From the NCBI GenBank assembly GCA_041690395.1, contig JAWLHJ010000005.1, positions 32,001 to 96,000 of the forward strand: a stretch of 64,000 nt of DNA, written 5' to 3'. The notes under the pieces are model-generated. The model made no database searches. It was not told the DNA's origin and saw only the letters and a program-made list of their open reading frames with translations. Numbering within the stretch: the first letter of the stretch is position 1; every line of letters begins with the position of its first letter. This DNA comes from Longimicrobiales bacterium (GTDB lineage Bacteria; Gemmatimonadota; Gemmatimonadetes; Longimicrobiales; Gaopeijiaceae). A program made the position numbers and the translations under genes. Shown here one piece after another: positions 1 through 9,866 of this stretch.

Positions 1-344
1 CGACGAGCGCTTGTGGCGGCGAGGGCGAGATCGAGCAACCGGCGCCTTTGTACGGCGACGTTCCGATCGAGTACCCGCTGCACCTCTGGGACCAGGACAT
101 GGAGGGGGAGACCCTTCTCCGCGTTCGGGTCACGGACACGGGCGCCGTCGACAGCGTGGAGGTGGTCGAGTCGTCCGGGCACTCGGACTTCGACGCGGCG
201 GCCGTGGACGGCGCCCGCTCTCTCCGCTTCACGCCGGCACGCAAGGACGGCGAGCGTATACGGGTCTGGGCGCGCGTGCCGGTGCACTTCTCGAAACGGC
301 CGATGCCCGATACGCTCCGGATACGCGACCGCTCGGAGTCCTGA
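1..344 (+). CDS. TonB C-terminal domain protein (energy transducer family), 5'-partial
   Basis: Frame open from the window edge (TSACGGEGEIEQPAPLYG...). It carries the TonB_C pattern YP-x-EG-x-LRVRV-x-G-V-x-VEVVESSG-x-FD-AA-x-RFTPA-x-VPVHF. Confidence 0.8.
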   Translation, partial: TSACGGEGEIEQPAPLYGDVPIEYPLHLWDQDMEGETLLRVRVTDTGAVDSVEVVESSGHSDFDAAAVDGARSLRFTPARKDGERIRVWARVPVHFSKRPMPDTLRIRDRSES

Positions 345-401
345 GCCGGCCGCGGCCGTGAGCCCAACCCTCGTCCGCGCACCAACCAGGAGCTTCGCCG
401 A

Positions 402-1787
402 ATGATCGAGCGGCATCCGCGTCCCTACGACAGCATCCTCGACCTCATCGGGTGGACCCCGCTGGTCCGTCTCAACGCGGTCACGGACGGGGCTCGCACG
501 CCCGTGTACGTGAAGTGCGAGTTCATGAATCCCGGGGGATCGATCAAGGACCGGATCGGGCTCGCGATGGTCGAGCAGGCCGAGCGGAACGGAACGCTCG
601 AGCCGGGTGGCACGATCGTGGAGGCGACCGGGGGCAACACCGGCCTCGCCCTGGCCATGGCGGCGTCGCTCAAGGGGTACCGCTGCATCTGCACGATGCC
701 CGACAAGATGAGCTCGGAGAAGGTGAAGCTGCTCCGCGCGTTCGGCGCCGAGGTCATCATCACACCGACCGCCGTGGGTCCCGATCACCCGGACCACTAC
801 CTGCAGCGCGCCCGGGCCATCGCGAAGGAGACGCCGGGCGCGGTGATGGCCGACCAGTTCTACAACCAGGCGAACCCCGACGCGCACTACCATACGACGG
901 GACGCGAGATCTGGGAGCAGACCGACGGGAAGGTGACGCACTTCGTGGCGTCCGCGGGGACCGGCGGCACGATCACCGGTGTCGGCCGTTACCTGAAGGA
1001 GCACCGGCCCGACGCGCACATCGTCGGGATCGACCCCGAGGGCTCGATGATCGCTCCGTACTTCAACACCGGCGAGAAAGTCGAGGGACACCCGTACAAG
1101 GTCGAGGGCATCGGCAACGACAAGATCCCCGGGACGCTCGACCTGGACGTGGTAGACGAGTACCGCACCATGGGCGACGGTCCCGCGTTCCGGATGGCCC
1201 GGCGCCTGACCCGCGAGGAAGGGATGTTCGCGGGCGGCTCGGCGGGCCTTCTGGTTCAAGGCGCTGTCGACGTGGCCCGGGAGGTGGACGACCCGGACGC
1301 GCTCGTCGTCACGCTCGTCTGCGATTGGGGGGAGCGCTACCTCAGCAAGGTGTACGACGACGACTGGATGCGCGAGAACGGCTTTCTCCAGCGGCCCCGG
1401 CGTCCCACGGTCGGCACGGTGCTGCAGGCGAAGCAGGACGGGGTCGGACACGTGGTCTCGGTCGAACCCGCCACCCCGATCCGGCTCGCGCTCTCGGCCA
1501 TCACGGCGCACGACGTCGGTCAGCTTCCGGTGCTGCGGCACGGAGAATGCGTCGGCTCGGTGACCGAGGGCATTCTGATGAGCGCCGTCATCGCCGACCC
1601 GACCATCCTGGATAAGCCGACCGAGAGCATCATGGGACCGCCGTTCCCCGTCGTGGACAGCCACAACGACTCCGAGGAGGTGCGCAACCTCCTGACCCGG
1701 GAGAACGCCGCCTGCCTCGTGCGCGAGGGAGGAAAGATCACGGGCATCATCACGCGGTACGACCTCGTCCGGGCGCTGATGGGATGA
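402..1787 (+). CDS. cbs: Cystathionine beta-synthase (PLP-dependent, C-terminal CBS domain pair)
   Basis: Motifs KCEFMNPGGSIKDR (PLP Lys), GNTG, GTGGT, YKVEGIG and RYLSK, plus C-terminal CBS repeats ending GIITRYDL. Confidence 0.9.
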   Translation: MIERHPRPYDSILDLIGWTPLVRLNAVTDGARTPVYVKCEFMNPGGSIKDRIGLAMVEQAERNGTLEPGGTIVEATGGNTGLALAMAASLKGYRCICTMPDKMSSEKVKLLRAFGAEVIITPTAVGPDHPDHYLQRARAIAKETPGAVMADQFYNQANPDAHYHTTGREIWEQTDGKVTHFVASAGTGGTITGVGRYLKEHRPDAHIVGIDPEGSMIAPYFNTGEKVEGHPYKVEGIGNDKIPGTLDLDVVDEYRTMGDGPAFRMARRLTREEGMFAGGSAGLLVQGAVDVAREVDDPDALVVTLVCDWGERYLSKVYDDDWMRENGFLQRPRRPTVGTVLQAKQDGVGHVVSVEPATPIRLALSAITAHDVGQLPVLRHGECVGSVTEGILMSAVIADPTILDKPTESIMGPPFPVVDSHNDSEEVRNLLTRENAACLVREGGKITGIITRYDLVRALMG

Positions 1788-2848
1788 AGATCGCCGTGCT
1801 GATGGGCGGCACGTCCGACGAGCGTGAGGTCTCGCTCGCGTCCGGCGTCGAGGTGAGCGCGGCGCTCCGCGAGGCCGGGCACGAGGTGGTCGCGGTCGAT
1901 ACCGTGACGGGGGTGCTCGATGCCGATCGCGAACGGGCGCTGCGCGAGCGAGGGGTCGCCGCGCTCCCGCCGTCCTCCGAGGATCTCGCCTGGATGGACG
2001 AGCGCGGGACCGTGGCGCTCACGCGCGCCCCCGAGCTCGAAGACGCCGACGTGTTCTTCCTCGCGCTGCACGGAGGGAGCGGTGAGGACGGCACGGTCCA
2101 GGCGCTTCTGGAGATCGCCGGGGTGACCTACACCGGGAGCGACCGGCTCGGATGCTCCCTGGCGATGGACAAGGAGGTCACCAAGCGCCTGCTGCGAGAC
2201 GCCGGCGTGCCGACGCCGGATTGGATGGCGTTCGGGCCCGACGACGCTCCGCCGACCGCCTCCGAGATCGAGGCCCGCCTGGGGCTGCCGGTCATCGTGA
2301 AGGCTTCCGCGGGGGGTTCGTCGCTGCGGCTGGTACTGGCGCACGACCGCGGTGAGCTGGAGGACGCCATCGCCGCCAGCCGCGGCTGGGACGACGTGGT
2401 CCTGTTCGAGCGATACCACCGTGGCCGTGAGCTGACGGTGGGTGTCGTCGGGGACCGTGCGCTCCCGGTGGGAGAGATCGTGCCCCGCAACGAGATCTTC
2501 GACTACGAGTGCAAGTACCAGCCGGGCATGGCGGAAGAGATCTTCCCGGCCGACATCCCGGCCGACCAGGACGCGCGTCTGCGAGATCTGGCCCTCCGGG
2601 TCCACGCCGCGCTGCGTATGCGGGACTACTCGCGGGTAGACTTCATCGTGGACGGCGACGGCGGGGCATGGTGCCTCGAGGCGAACGCGCTCCCTGGCAT
2701 GACGGCCAACAGCCTTCTGCCGAAGGCGGCGAAGGCTTCGGGGATATCCTTTCCGGAGCTCTGCGACGAGTTGGTCTCGCTCGCGGCCCGGCGAGCCCCG
2801 GACCGGACCCGCCAGCAGGAACCTGATTCGGAGCCGGGGGTTCGATAG
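1784..2848 (+). CDS. ddl: D-alanine--D-alanine ligase
   Basis: Motifs GGTSDEREVSLASG, LHGGSGEDG, MDKEVTK, FDYECKY, RVDF and LEANALPGMT. ATGA overlap with cbs. Confidence 0.95.
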   Translation: MKIAVLMGGTSDEREVSLASGVEVSAALREAGHEVVAVDTVTGVLDADRERALRERGVAALPPSSEDLAWMDERGTVALTRAPELEDADVFFLALHGGSGEDGTVQALLEIAGVTYTGSDRLGCSLAMDKEVTKRLLRDAGVPTPDWMAFGPDDAPPTASEIEARLGLPVIVKASAGGSSLRLVLAHDRGELEDAIAASRGWDDVVLFERYHRGRELTVGVVGDRALPVGEIVPRNEIFDYECKYQPGMAEEIFPADIPADQDARLRDLALRVHAALRMRDYSRVDFIVDGDGGAWCLEANALPGMTANSLLPKAAKASGISFPELCDELVSLAARRAPDRTRQQEPDSEPGVR

Positions 2849-2940
2849 TTCCCCCTTGAAACACGGATCGCTGGGCTGGGGGCACGCCCTTCCGGGTCAC
2901 GCGGCACCCTCCCAGCGGCGATCGAGGTCGAAGTGAGTCG

Positions 2941-3780
2941 ATGAGAGGAATGGCGCAGACGTTCAACGGCTTCGGCGGTGGGTTCATGCTCACCCCGATG
3001 GTGAAGCGCCTCCTCGTGGCCAACGTCGTGGTCTTCCTCCTGACCCTGCTGATCGGCCGCGACTTCATCTTCGAGTGGTTCGCCTTCCAGCCGACGCGCA
3101 TCGTGCTCCGGCCCTGGGGCCCCTTCACCTACATGTTCCTGCACGGCGATCTCATGCACCTCGCCGTGAACATGCTGGTGCTCTTCTTCTTCGGCCCGCC
3201 GTTGGAGGCGCAGTGGGGGGAGCGGGAGTTCCTCAAGTTCTTCGTGATCTGCGGGCTCGGGGGGGTGGCGCTGAGCTATCTCTTCCTGCCCGCATGGGTG
3301 GTCGGAGCCTCGGCCGCCGTCTACGGCGTGATGCTCGCGTTCGCGATGAACTGGCCCAACCTCCCGATCTACGTCTGGGGCATCTTCCCCGTGCAGGCGA
3401 AGTACCTGGTCGGCTTCCTCTTCGTGGTGAGCCTGCTGAGTGCCGTGCAGGGGGCCAGCGACGGCGTGGCCCACTTCGCCCACCTCGGGGGGCTGGCCGC
3501 GGGCTTCTTCTATCTGAAGGCGGACTGGCGCCCGAAGCAGCAGCTCGATCGGCTGCGGAAGGCTACCGGCGGATCACGGCGCATGGCCATCGTGCCCCGG
3601 GACGAGGACGATGAGCCCACGCCCCGCCGTCGCGCCCGTCGCGCCACCAAGGAGGACGTGCGCCTCTACGATCAGGTCGACGCGGTTCTCGACAAGATCT
3701 CCGCGGAGGGGATGGGCGCGCTGACCCGGGAGGAGCGGGAGCTCCTCGACGAGGTCTCGAGGCGACACCGCACGAACTGA
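2941..3780 (+). CDS. Rhomboid intramembrane serine protease with C-terminal DUF6576-like tail
   Basis: Motifs TYMFLHG, HLAVNM, catalytic GAS and AHFAHLGG. The tail reads VDAVLDKISAEGMGALT. Confidence 0.9.
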   Translation: MRGMAQTFNGFGGGFMLTPMVKRLLVANVVVFLLTLLIGRDFIFEWFAFQPTRIVLRPWGPFTYMFLHGDLMHLAVNMLVLFFFGPPLEAQWGEREFLKFFVICGLGGVALSYLFLPAWVVGASAAVYGVMLAFAMNWPNLPIYVWGIFPVQAKYLVGFLFVVSLLSAVQGASDGVAHFAHLGGLAAGFFYLKADWRPKQQLDRLRKATGGSRRMAIVPRDEDDEPTPRRRARRATKEDVRLYDQVDAVLDKISAEGMGALTREERELLDEVSRRHRTN

Positions 3781-3819
3781 GCGGACCTACCCTTGACCGA
3801 CACGGAAGCGGATCGCCTG

Positions 3820-3857
3820 TTGACATGACATATGATTATCTATATATACCAATGTCA
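3820..3857 (+). promoter_or_regulatory. Sigma70-type promoter overlapped by an AT-rich palindromic operator upstream of the ArsR gene
   Basis: TTGACA (3820-3825), N17, TATATA (3843-3848). Inverted repeat TGACAT (3826-3831)...ATGTCA (3852-3857) around an ATAT-N8-ATAT core (3830-3845). Confidence 0.75.
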
Positions 3858-3874
3858 CAAACACGGAGGAGCCC

Positions 3875-4180
3875 ATGACGACGGCGAAACAGAGGCTGCT
3901 GGAGCACGAGGACGTCGAGAACACGGCGCGAGTCCTCAAGTGTCTCGGCCATCCACTCAGGCTACGGATCCTGGACGTGCTCGAGAAGAAGACCGAGGCG
4001 ACGGTGACCGAGGTGCATGAAGCGCTCGAGATCGAGCAGGCCGTCGCTTCCCAGCACCTCACGACCATGCGCGACAAGGGGATCCTCGAATCGAGGAAGG
4101 AGGGCGTGCACGTGATCTACCGCATCGGGGACGACCGGGCGGTTAAGGTGCTGTCCTGCGTGCGGGAATCGGCATGCTGA
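3875..4180 (+). CDS. ArsR/SmtB family transcriptional regulator (Cys23, Cys95, Cys101)
   Basis: LKCLGHPLRLRIL, a helix-turn-helix with SQHL, and wing RKEGVHVIYRI. GGAGGA RBS. Confidence 0.92.
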   Translation: MTTAKQRLLEHEDVENTARVLKCLGHPLRLRILDVLEKKTEATVTEVHEALEIEQAVASQHLTTMRDKGILESRKEGVHVIYRIGDDRAVKVLSCVRESAC

Positions 4181-4202
4181 TGGGTACCGCTTCTTTGGAC
4201 GA

Positions 4203-4227
4203 GATATATACTTATATGAATATATTT
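4203..4227 (+). promoter_or_regulatory. Second AT-rich pseudo-palindromic operator between arsR and tolC
   Basis: ATATATACTTATATGAATATAT with an ATAT-N8-GAAT core (4206-4221). This is a striking AT island in GC-rich DNA and resembles the site at 3830-3845. Confidence 0.6.
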
Positions 4228-5604
4228 ATGATGAGATCCGTGCGGTCCGTGTGGGGGGTGCCGATGCTCCTCGCCGCCCTGCAGGGCTTCTCTCCCTCGG
4301 GGGCACCGCCGCTGGCTGCACAGGAGGTACGGAGGGTGACCCTGGCCGAGGCCGTGGAGGAGGCTCGTGCCAACCACGCCCAGGTCGGTGTCGCGGAGGC
4401 CCGGGCCCTCGCGGCACGGGAGCAGATCACGGCCGCCGGCGCGAGTCGCTGGCCCACCCTGGGGTTGGAGGCCGGCGTGCTGTCGTCCACCGACCCGGTG
4501 GCGGCATTCGGAGGCCGACTCCGACAGGGGCGCTTCACGCAGGCCGACTTCGACCCGGCGCTCTTGAACGATCCGGACGCGTTGACCGACCTCGACGGAG
4601 CCCTCGTCCTCGGGTGGACGCCTGTCGACTTTTCCCGTGACGCAGCGTTGGGCGCCGCGAGGGCCAACGCCGAGGCCGCCGATCTGGGCGCCACCTGGGC
4701 CCGCCGTGTCGCGGGATATCAGGCGGAAGTCCGGTACGTGGAAGCCGCGGGTGCCGAGCTGATGCTCGAGGCGGCCCGCTCCGCCACCGAGGCGGCCGAG
4801 GCCAACTTCTCGCTGGTGGAGCGACATGCGGCGGAGGGCGTTGTGACCGACGCCGACGTCCTCCGTGCGAGGGCCGCGCTGGAAGACGCGCGTGCCCGTC
4901 AGATCGTGGCCGAGCAGGGTGTCGACGACGCACGCGGTCGGTTGGCGCTGGCCCTCGGATGGCCGGCCGGTACCGTGCCGGCTCCGGTCGTCGATGCGGA
5001 AGGCTTGGTCGCGGAGGCCCCCGTGATCCCGGACGACCTGGGACGCGCGGACCTGTGGGCATCGGAAGCCCAGGTCCGGGCCGCCACACAGGTCGCCAGC
5101 CAGGCGAGCCGGGCGCGACTGCCGCGCATCCAGGGCTTCGCCCGGCTGGAAGCGCACACGAACGAGTCGTTCTCGGACGCCGGGGACTCCTGGACGGTGG
5201 GGCTCCGGGTGAGCGTTCCGCTCTTCACCGGCTTCGAAGTCGGTGCCAGGAGCGCCGCGGCCAGGGCCGAGCTGGAGGCCGTGACGCTCGGGCACGAGCA
5301 GCGGCTCGACGAGGCCCGCACGTCGTTGGCCGAGGCCCGGCGCGGCGCGGAGAGCCGCCGTCGGGCGGCGCTCGCTGCCGAGGCGGCCGCCGAAGCCGCC
5401 GAGGAGGCCGCGCGCCTCATGAGGCTCCGTTTCGACGAAGGCCTGGCGACGACGGCCGAGCTGTTGGCCGCTGAAGCCGCCGCCGTACGGCAACACACCG
5501 CCGCGGTGAATGCGCGGCTCGAGCACCGGATCGCGACCGCGAGCCTGCTGCTCCTGGACGATCCCCGACTGGACACCGACCTCGCCGAAGGAGTGAACCG
5601 ATGA
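4228..5604 (+). CDS. TolC family outer membrane efflux protein
   Basis: Signal peptide, TLAEAVEEARANH, two OEP repeats and VPLFTGF. The start codon is uncertain (4228, 4231 or 4264). Confidence 0.88.
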   Translation: MMRSVRSVWGVPMLLAALQGFSPSGAPPLAAQEVRRVTLAEAVEEARANHAQVGVAEARALAAREQITAAGASRWPTLGLEAGVLSSTDPVAAFGGRLRQGRFTQADFDPALLNDPDALTDLDGALVLGWTPVDFSRDAALGAARANAEAADLGATWARRVAGYQAEVRYVEAAGAELMLEAARSATEAAEANFSLVERHAAEGVVTDADVLRARAALEDARARQIVAEQGVDDARGRLALALGWPAGTVPAPVVDAEGLVAEAPVIPDDLGRADLWASEAQVRAATQVASQASRARLPRIQGFARLEAHTNESFSDAGDSWTVGLRVSVPLFTGFEVGARSAAARAELEAVTLGHEQRLDEARTSLAEARRGAESRRRAALAAEAAAEAAEEAARLMRLRFDEGLATTAELLAAEAAAVRQHTAAVNARLEHRIATASLLLLDDPRLDTDLAEGVNR

Positions 5605-6668
5605 AGACCAAGCTGACCCTGCTCGCCCTCACCCTCGGGGCCGCCGCCTGTGGCGCGGACGAGCCCGGACGTGTGGAGGTAGACCGGACGCCGGTCGATG
5701 TCGTGGTCGCGGCCCCGGTGACGGCTCCGTCCGTCGTGACCTATGCGGCCGAAGTGACCGCCGAGCGGACCGCCGACATCGCGACCCGCATGAGCGGAGC
5801 CGTAAGGGAGGTACACGCGGACATCGGGAGCCGAGTGCGTCGCGGAGACCGGCTCGTCTCCCTCGACGCCCGCGACGTGTTCGCCCGCGTCGGGGCGGCC
5901 CGCGCCGCCTTCGATCTGGCCGAGAAGAGCCACGGACGCATCGAGCGTCTGGCGGCCGACGGGGCCGCTTCGACCCAGGAGCTGGACCGAAGCACCGCCG
6001 CGCTCGAGGGCGCGCGGTCGGCGCTCGCCGAGGCCGAGGCTCAGGAAGCCTACGCCGTCGTGACGGCACCGTTCGACGGGGTGGTGACGGCGCGGCGCGT
6101 GGAGCCGGGTGACCTCGCGAGCCCGGGCATGCCCCTGTTCTCGATGGTCGACCCGGCCACCCTGAAGGTCGTGGCCGATCTCCCGGCCCATCTCGTCGGG
6201 GCCGTGCGCGAAGGCGCCACCGTTCAGGTCGAGGTCGTGGGTGACGCGACCGGGAGCCCCGTGTCCGCCCGGGTGAGTCGGGTCGTGCCGGCCGTGGCCG
6301 GAGGCGGACGCACGTTCCGGATCGAGGCGGTCCCGAGCGACGCGCTCGAAGGTGCGTACCCGGGAGCCTACGCTCGCTTGAGTCTGCCTTCCGAGGGGGC
6401 CGGCACACGCTGGATCCCGGCGGATGCCGTCGTGGAGCGGGGTCAACTCACCGGCATCTACACCGTGGAGGACGACGTGCTGCGCCTTCGCTGGGTGCGT
6501 CTAGGCGCGCGGCGTGCCGACGCCGTGGAGCTGCTGTCCGGTCCGGCCGGGGAGCTCCGGATCGTGAGGAACCCGGAGGTCGGCTTCACGGACGGCCAGC
6601 CGGTGGGGACCGCACGTGACGAAAGTTGGACGCTCGCGGCCCTCGCGGCCGGGGAGACGAACCGATGA
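5601..6668 (+). CDS. RND efflux periplasmic adaptor (MFP) lipoprotein
   Basis: Lipobox AAAC, lipoyl half-motifs (SGAVREV...GDRL, APFDGVV) and an alpha-hairpin. ATGA overlap with tolC. Confidence 0.92.
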   Translation: MKTKLTLLALTLGAAACGADEPGRVEVDRTPVDVVVAAPVTAPSVVTYAAEVTAERTADIATRMSGAVREVHADIGSRVRRGDRLVSLDARDVFARVGAARAAFDLAEKSHGRIERLAADGAASTQELDRSTAALEGARSALAEAEAQEAYAVVTAPFDGVVTARRVEPGDLASPGMPLFSMVDPATLKVVADLPAHLVGAVREGATVQVEVVGDATGSPVSARVSRVVPAVAGGGRTFRIEAVPSDALEGAYPGAYARLSLPSEGAGTRWIPADAVVERGQLTGIYTVEDDVLRLRWVRLGARRADAVELLSGPAGELRIVRNPEVGFTDGQPVGTARDESWTLAALAAGETNR

Positions 6669-9600
6669 AACAGAACATCGCCGGGCGCCTGGCCGGCGCG
6701 TTCATGGAGTCCAAGCTCACACCGTTGCTCATGGCTGCGGCGTTGGGCGTGGGCGCGTGGACCCTGGCCACCATGGCGTCGGAAGAAGAGCCGCAGATCA
6801 TCGTGCCTCTCGCGGACATCTACCTCCCCATGCCGGGCGCTTCACCGACCGAGGTGGAGAATCGGGTACTGGTGCCGCTGGAGAGCGTGCTCTCCGGTAT
6901 CGAGGGAGTCGAGTACGTCTATACGCACGCCGAGTCGGGCTTCGGGCTCGCGACGGTGCGGTACGAGGTGGGCCGGGACATGGAGGAGAGTCTGGTCCAG
7001 CTCCACAGCACGCTCATGAAGAACGCGGACCGGATGCCGCCCGGACTCGGCTTCCCGATGGTGAAGACCGTGACCATCGACGACGTGCCCTTCTTCAGCG
7101 CCACGCTGCACGGCGGTGATATCGGGGGTGCGGAGCTGCGTGCCGCGGCCGACGAGCTGAAGACGGCGCTGGAGGCCGTGCCCGAAGTGCGGGCCGTCCA
7201 GGTCATCGGGGGCCAGACGCGCGAGGTGCGGGTAGAGCTCGATCCCGAGCGCCTGGCGCTGTACGGCATCGATCCGCTTCAGGTCGCGGAACGGCTGCGC
7301 CTGGAGAACATGGAGCTGCAGTCGGGCACGTACACGCGGAACGACGAGGTCGTGCGCGTCACGACGGGTGGGTTCCTGCGCAACGCCGACGACGTGGAGC
7401 AGGTCGTGCTCGACGTGCGCGACGGCGCGCTCGTGCAGGTGCGTGACGTCGCCCGGGTCGTGGACGGCCCGGCCGAGGTGACCGACTACACGCTGCACGC
7501 CGAGGGCGGAAGCGCGTGGGTGCCGATGGTATCGGTGGCCGTGTCCAAGCGGCCGGGCGCCGACGCGACGGCGCTGGGCCGCGCGCTCGAACAGCGCCTC
7601 GAGGAGGCCCACGGGCGGATCGTCCCGTCGGACGTCTCCGTGGAGATTTCCCGGAACTACGGTGAGACCGCGCGCCACAAGGTGGTGACGCTCCAGGAGC
7701 ACCTCGTCATGGCCGTGCTCGCCGTGGGCCTGGTCATCCTGCTCACCATGGGATGGCGGAGCGCCGTCGTCGTGATGGTCGCCGTGCCGGTAACCTTCGC
7801 CCTGACGCTCTTCGTCTACCAGATCTTCGGATACACGCTGAACCGGGTGACCCTGTTCGCCCTCATCTTCGTGACCGGCATCGTGATCGACGACTCGATC
7901 ATCGTCGCCGAGAACATGGAGCGGCACTTCTCCATGAAGGATCGGCCCCTCAAGGCCGCGGCCCGGGCGGCCGTGGACGAGGTCGGCAACCCCACCATCC
8001 TCGCGACGCTGACCGTCATCGCGGCGGTCCTACCCATGTTGTTCGTGGGCGGCCTGATGGGACCGTACATGAGCCCCATGCCCATCGGCGCCACCGTGGC
8101 CATGCTCTTCAGTCTGGCCGTCGCCCTCATGATCACGCCCTGGCTCGCGTTCCGCCTGCTCGGGAAGGGACACGAGAAGGACGAGGGTGAGGCGTACGTG
8201 CTGGAGCGCACCAAGATCTACGTGACGTACGAGAAGATCATGCGGCCCCTCCTGGAGAAGCCCGCCAGGATGTGGGGTGCCCTCGGCGTGATCGGGCTGC
8301 TCCTGCTCGGAGCCGGCGGGATGTTCCTCACGCGGTCCGTGACCGTGAAGATGCTCCCGTTCGACGACAAGAACGAAGTACAGGTCATCTTCGACATGCC
8401 CGAGGGCACGCCGCTCGAGACCACGCTCGCGCTCGCGCAGGACGTGGGTCGAGCCATCGGGCAGGTGCCCGAAGTGGCCGACGTCCAGCTGTACGCCGGT
8501 ACGGCGGCTCCGTTCAACTTCAACGGCATGATCCGACACTACTACCTGCGCTCCGGTCCGAACGTGGCGGACTTGCAGGTGAACCTGGTCGACAAGTCGG
8601 AACGGTCGGCCCAGAGCCATGACGTCGCGCGGGCGCTTCGGCCCCTCGTCGACGAGATCGTGGCGGCATCCGGGACGGGGGCGAGCGCGAAGATCGTCGA
8701 AGTGCCGCCGGGACCGCCGGTGCTCTCCACGCTGGTCGCGGAGATCTACGGCGACGACCCGGTGGAGCGGGAGCGCGTGGCCCGCGAGGTCATGCGCCGC
8801 TTCGAGGAGCACCCGGACGTGGTCGACGTCGATTGGTCGCTCACCGTCCCGCAGCGCGAGGTGAGGCTGGAGGTCGACGCCGAGAAGGCCGCGCTCTCCG
8901 GCGTGGCGAAGGAGCAGGTGGTCGGCGCCGTGCGGCTCGCGTTGGCCGGCGACGTGCCGACGTATCTGTCGGTGCCCGAGGCGCGGACTCCGGTCCCGCT
9001 CCGGGTACGGCTCGCCGAGGCCGACCGCTCGGGGATCGAGCGGTTGTCCAGGGTCCAACTCGGCTCGCGTCTCGGGACGACGGTCCCGGCGTCCGAGCTC
9101 GTCCGCACCGTGGACGGGACGTCCGACCAGGTCATCGACCGCAAGAACGGTCGCCAGGTCGTGTACGTGACCGCGGAAGTCGCGGGTGAGGAGGAGAGCC
9201 CGGTGTACGCGATCCTCGACCTGGAGAAGGAGCTCGACGGTATCGAGCTCGAGGGCGGTGGCACGCTCGGGCGGCTGTTCGCCCGGGAGCCTCTGTCGAC
9301 GGACCGACCCGTCATGAAGTGGGACGGCGAGTGGCAGATCACGTACGAGGTCTTCCGGGATCTCGGGATCGCGTTCGCCGGCGCGCTCGTGCTGATCTAC
9401 GTGCTGATCGTGGCCTGGTTCGGCTCTTTCTCGACGCCGCTCGTCATGATGGCGGCGATTCCGCTGACATTGATCGGGATCGCGCCGGGGCACTGGGTCA
9501 TCGGTGCGTTCTTCACCGCCACGTCGATGATCGGCATGATCGCGCTCGCGGGCATCATGGTGCGAAACGGCATCCTGCTCATCGACTATCTGGAAGCGCG

Positions 9601-9856
9601 TACGCGCGCAGGGGTGCCGCTCGAGAAGGCGGTCATCGAGGCGGGCGCCGTACGGACGCGACCCATCGCGCTCACGGCCGGCACCGTGGTCATCGGCGCC
9701 ATCGTGATCCTGTTCGATCCGATCTTCCAAGGCCTCGCCGTGGCCCTCATCGCCGGCGCGATCGCTTCGACGGTGCTCACGCTCCTCGTCGTGCCGGGGA
9801 TCTACTACCTGGTGCGGCGTGGGCAGCAGACCCCATCTCCCTCTCCCACCGCCTGA
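6665..9856 (+). CDS. RND efflux permease (AcrB/CusA superfamily)
   Basis: About 1063 aa with a duplicated periplasmic/TM architecture. TM4 GIVIDDSIIVAEN, TM10 GIMVRNGILL, and RTRPI. Confidence 0.95.
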   Translation: MKQNIAGRLAGAFMESKLTPLLMAAALGVGAWTLATMASEEEPQIIVPLADIYLPMPGASPTEVENRVLVPLESVLSGIEGVEYVYTHAESGFGLATVRYEVGRDMEESLVQLHSTLMKNADRMPPGLGFPMVKTVTIDDVPFFSATLHGGDIGGAELRAAADELKTALEAVPEVRAVQVIGGQTREVRVELDPERLALYGIDPLQVAERLRLENMELQSGTYTRNDEVVRVTTGGFLRNADDVEQVVLDVRDGALVQVRDVARVVDGPAEVTDYTLHAEGGSAWVPMVSVAVSKRPGADATALGRALEQRLEEAHGRIVPSDVSVEISRNYGETARHKVVTLQEHLVMAVLAVGLVILLTMGWRSAVVVMVAVPVTFALTLFVYQIFGYTLNRVTLFALIFVTGIVIDDSIIVAENMERHFSMKDRPLKAAARAAVDEVGNPTILATLTVIAAVLPMLFVGGLMGPYMSPMPIGATVAMLFSLAVALMITPWLAFRLLGKGHEKDEGEAYVLERTKIYVTYEKIMRPLLEKPARMWGALGVIGLLLLGAGGMFLTRSVTVKMLPFDDKNEVQVIFDMPEGTPLETTLALAQDVGRAIGQVPEVADVQLYAGTAAPFNFNGMIRHYYLRSGPNVADLQVNLVDKSERSAQSHDVARALRPLVDEIVAASGTGASAKIVEVPPGPPVLSTLVAEIYGDDPVERERVAREVMRRFEEHPDVVDVDWSLTVPQREVRLEVDAEKAALSGVAKEQVVGAVRLALAGDVPTYLSVPEARTPVPLRVRLAEADRSGIERLSRVQLGSRLGTTVPASELVRTVDGTSDQVIDRKNGRQVVYVTAEVAGEEESPVYAILDLEKELDGIELEGGGTLGRLFAREPLSTDRPVMKWDGEWQITYEVFRDLGIAFAGALVLIYVLIVAWFGSFSTPLVMMAAIPLTLIGIAPGHWVIGAFFTATSMIGMIALAGIMVRNGILLIDYLEARTRAGVPLEKAVIEAGAVRTRPIALTAGTVVIGAIVILFDPIFQGLAVALIAGAIASTVLTLLVVPGIYYLVRRGQQTPSPSPTA

Positions 9857-9866
9857 GGAGGCGACC

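Noticed and set aside
1784..2848. Ddl as a vancomycin-resistance D-Ala-D-Lac ligase
   Set aside because: The omega loop keeps the DYxxKY tyrosine pattern of D-Ala-D-Ala ligases, and no vanH, vanX or vanR genes are present.
2855..2923. CTTGAAA motif and a GATCGCTGGG/CCCAGCGGCGATC stem upstream of the rhomboid gene
   Set aside because: There is no matching sigma32 -10 element, and the stem is short enough to arise by chance in GC-rich DNA.
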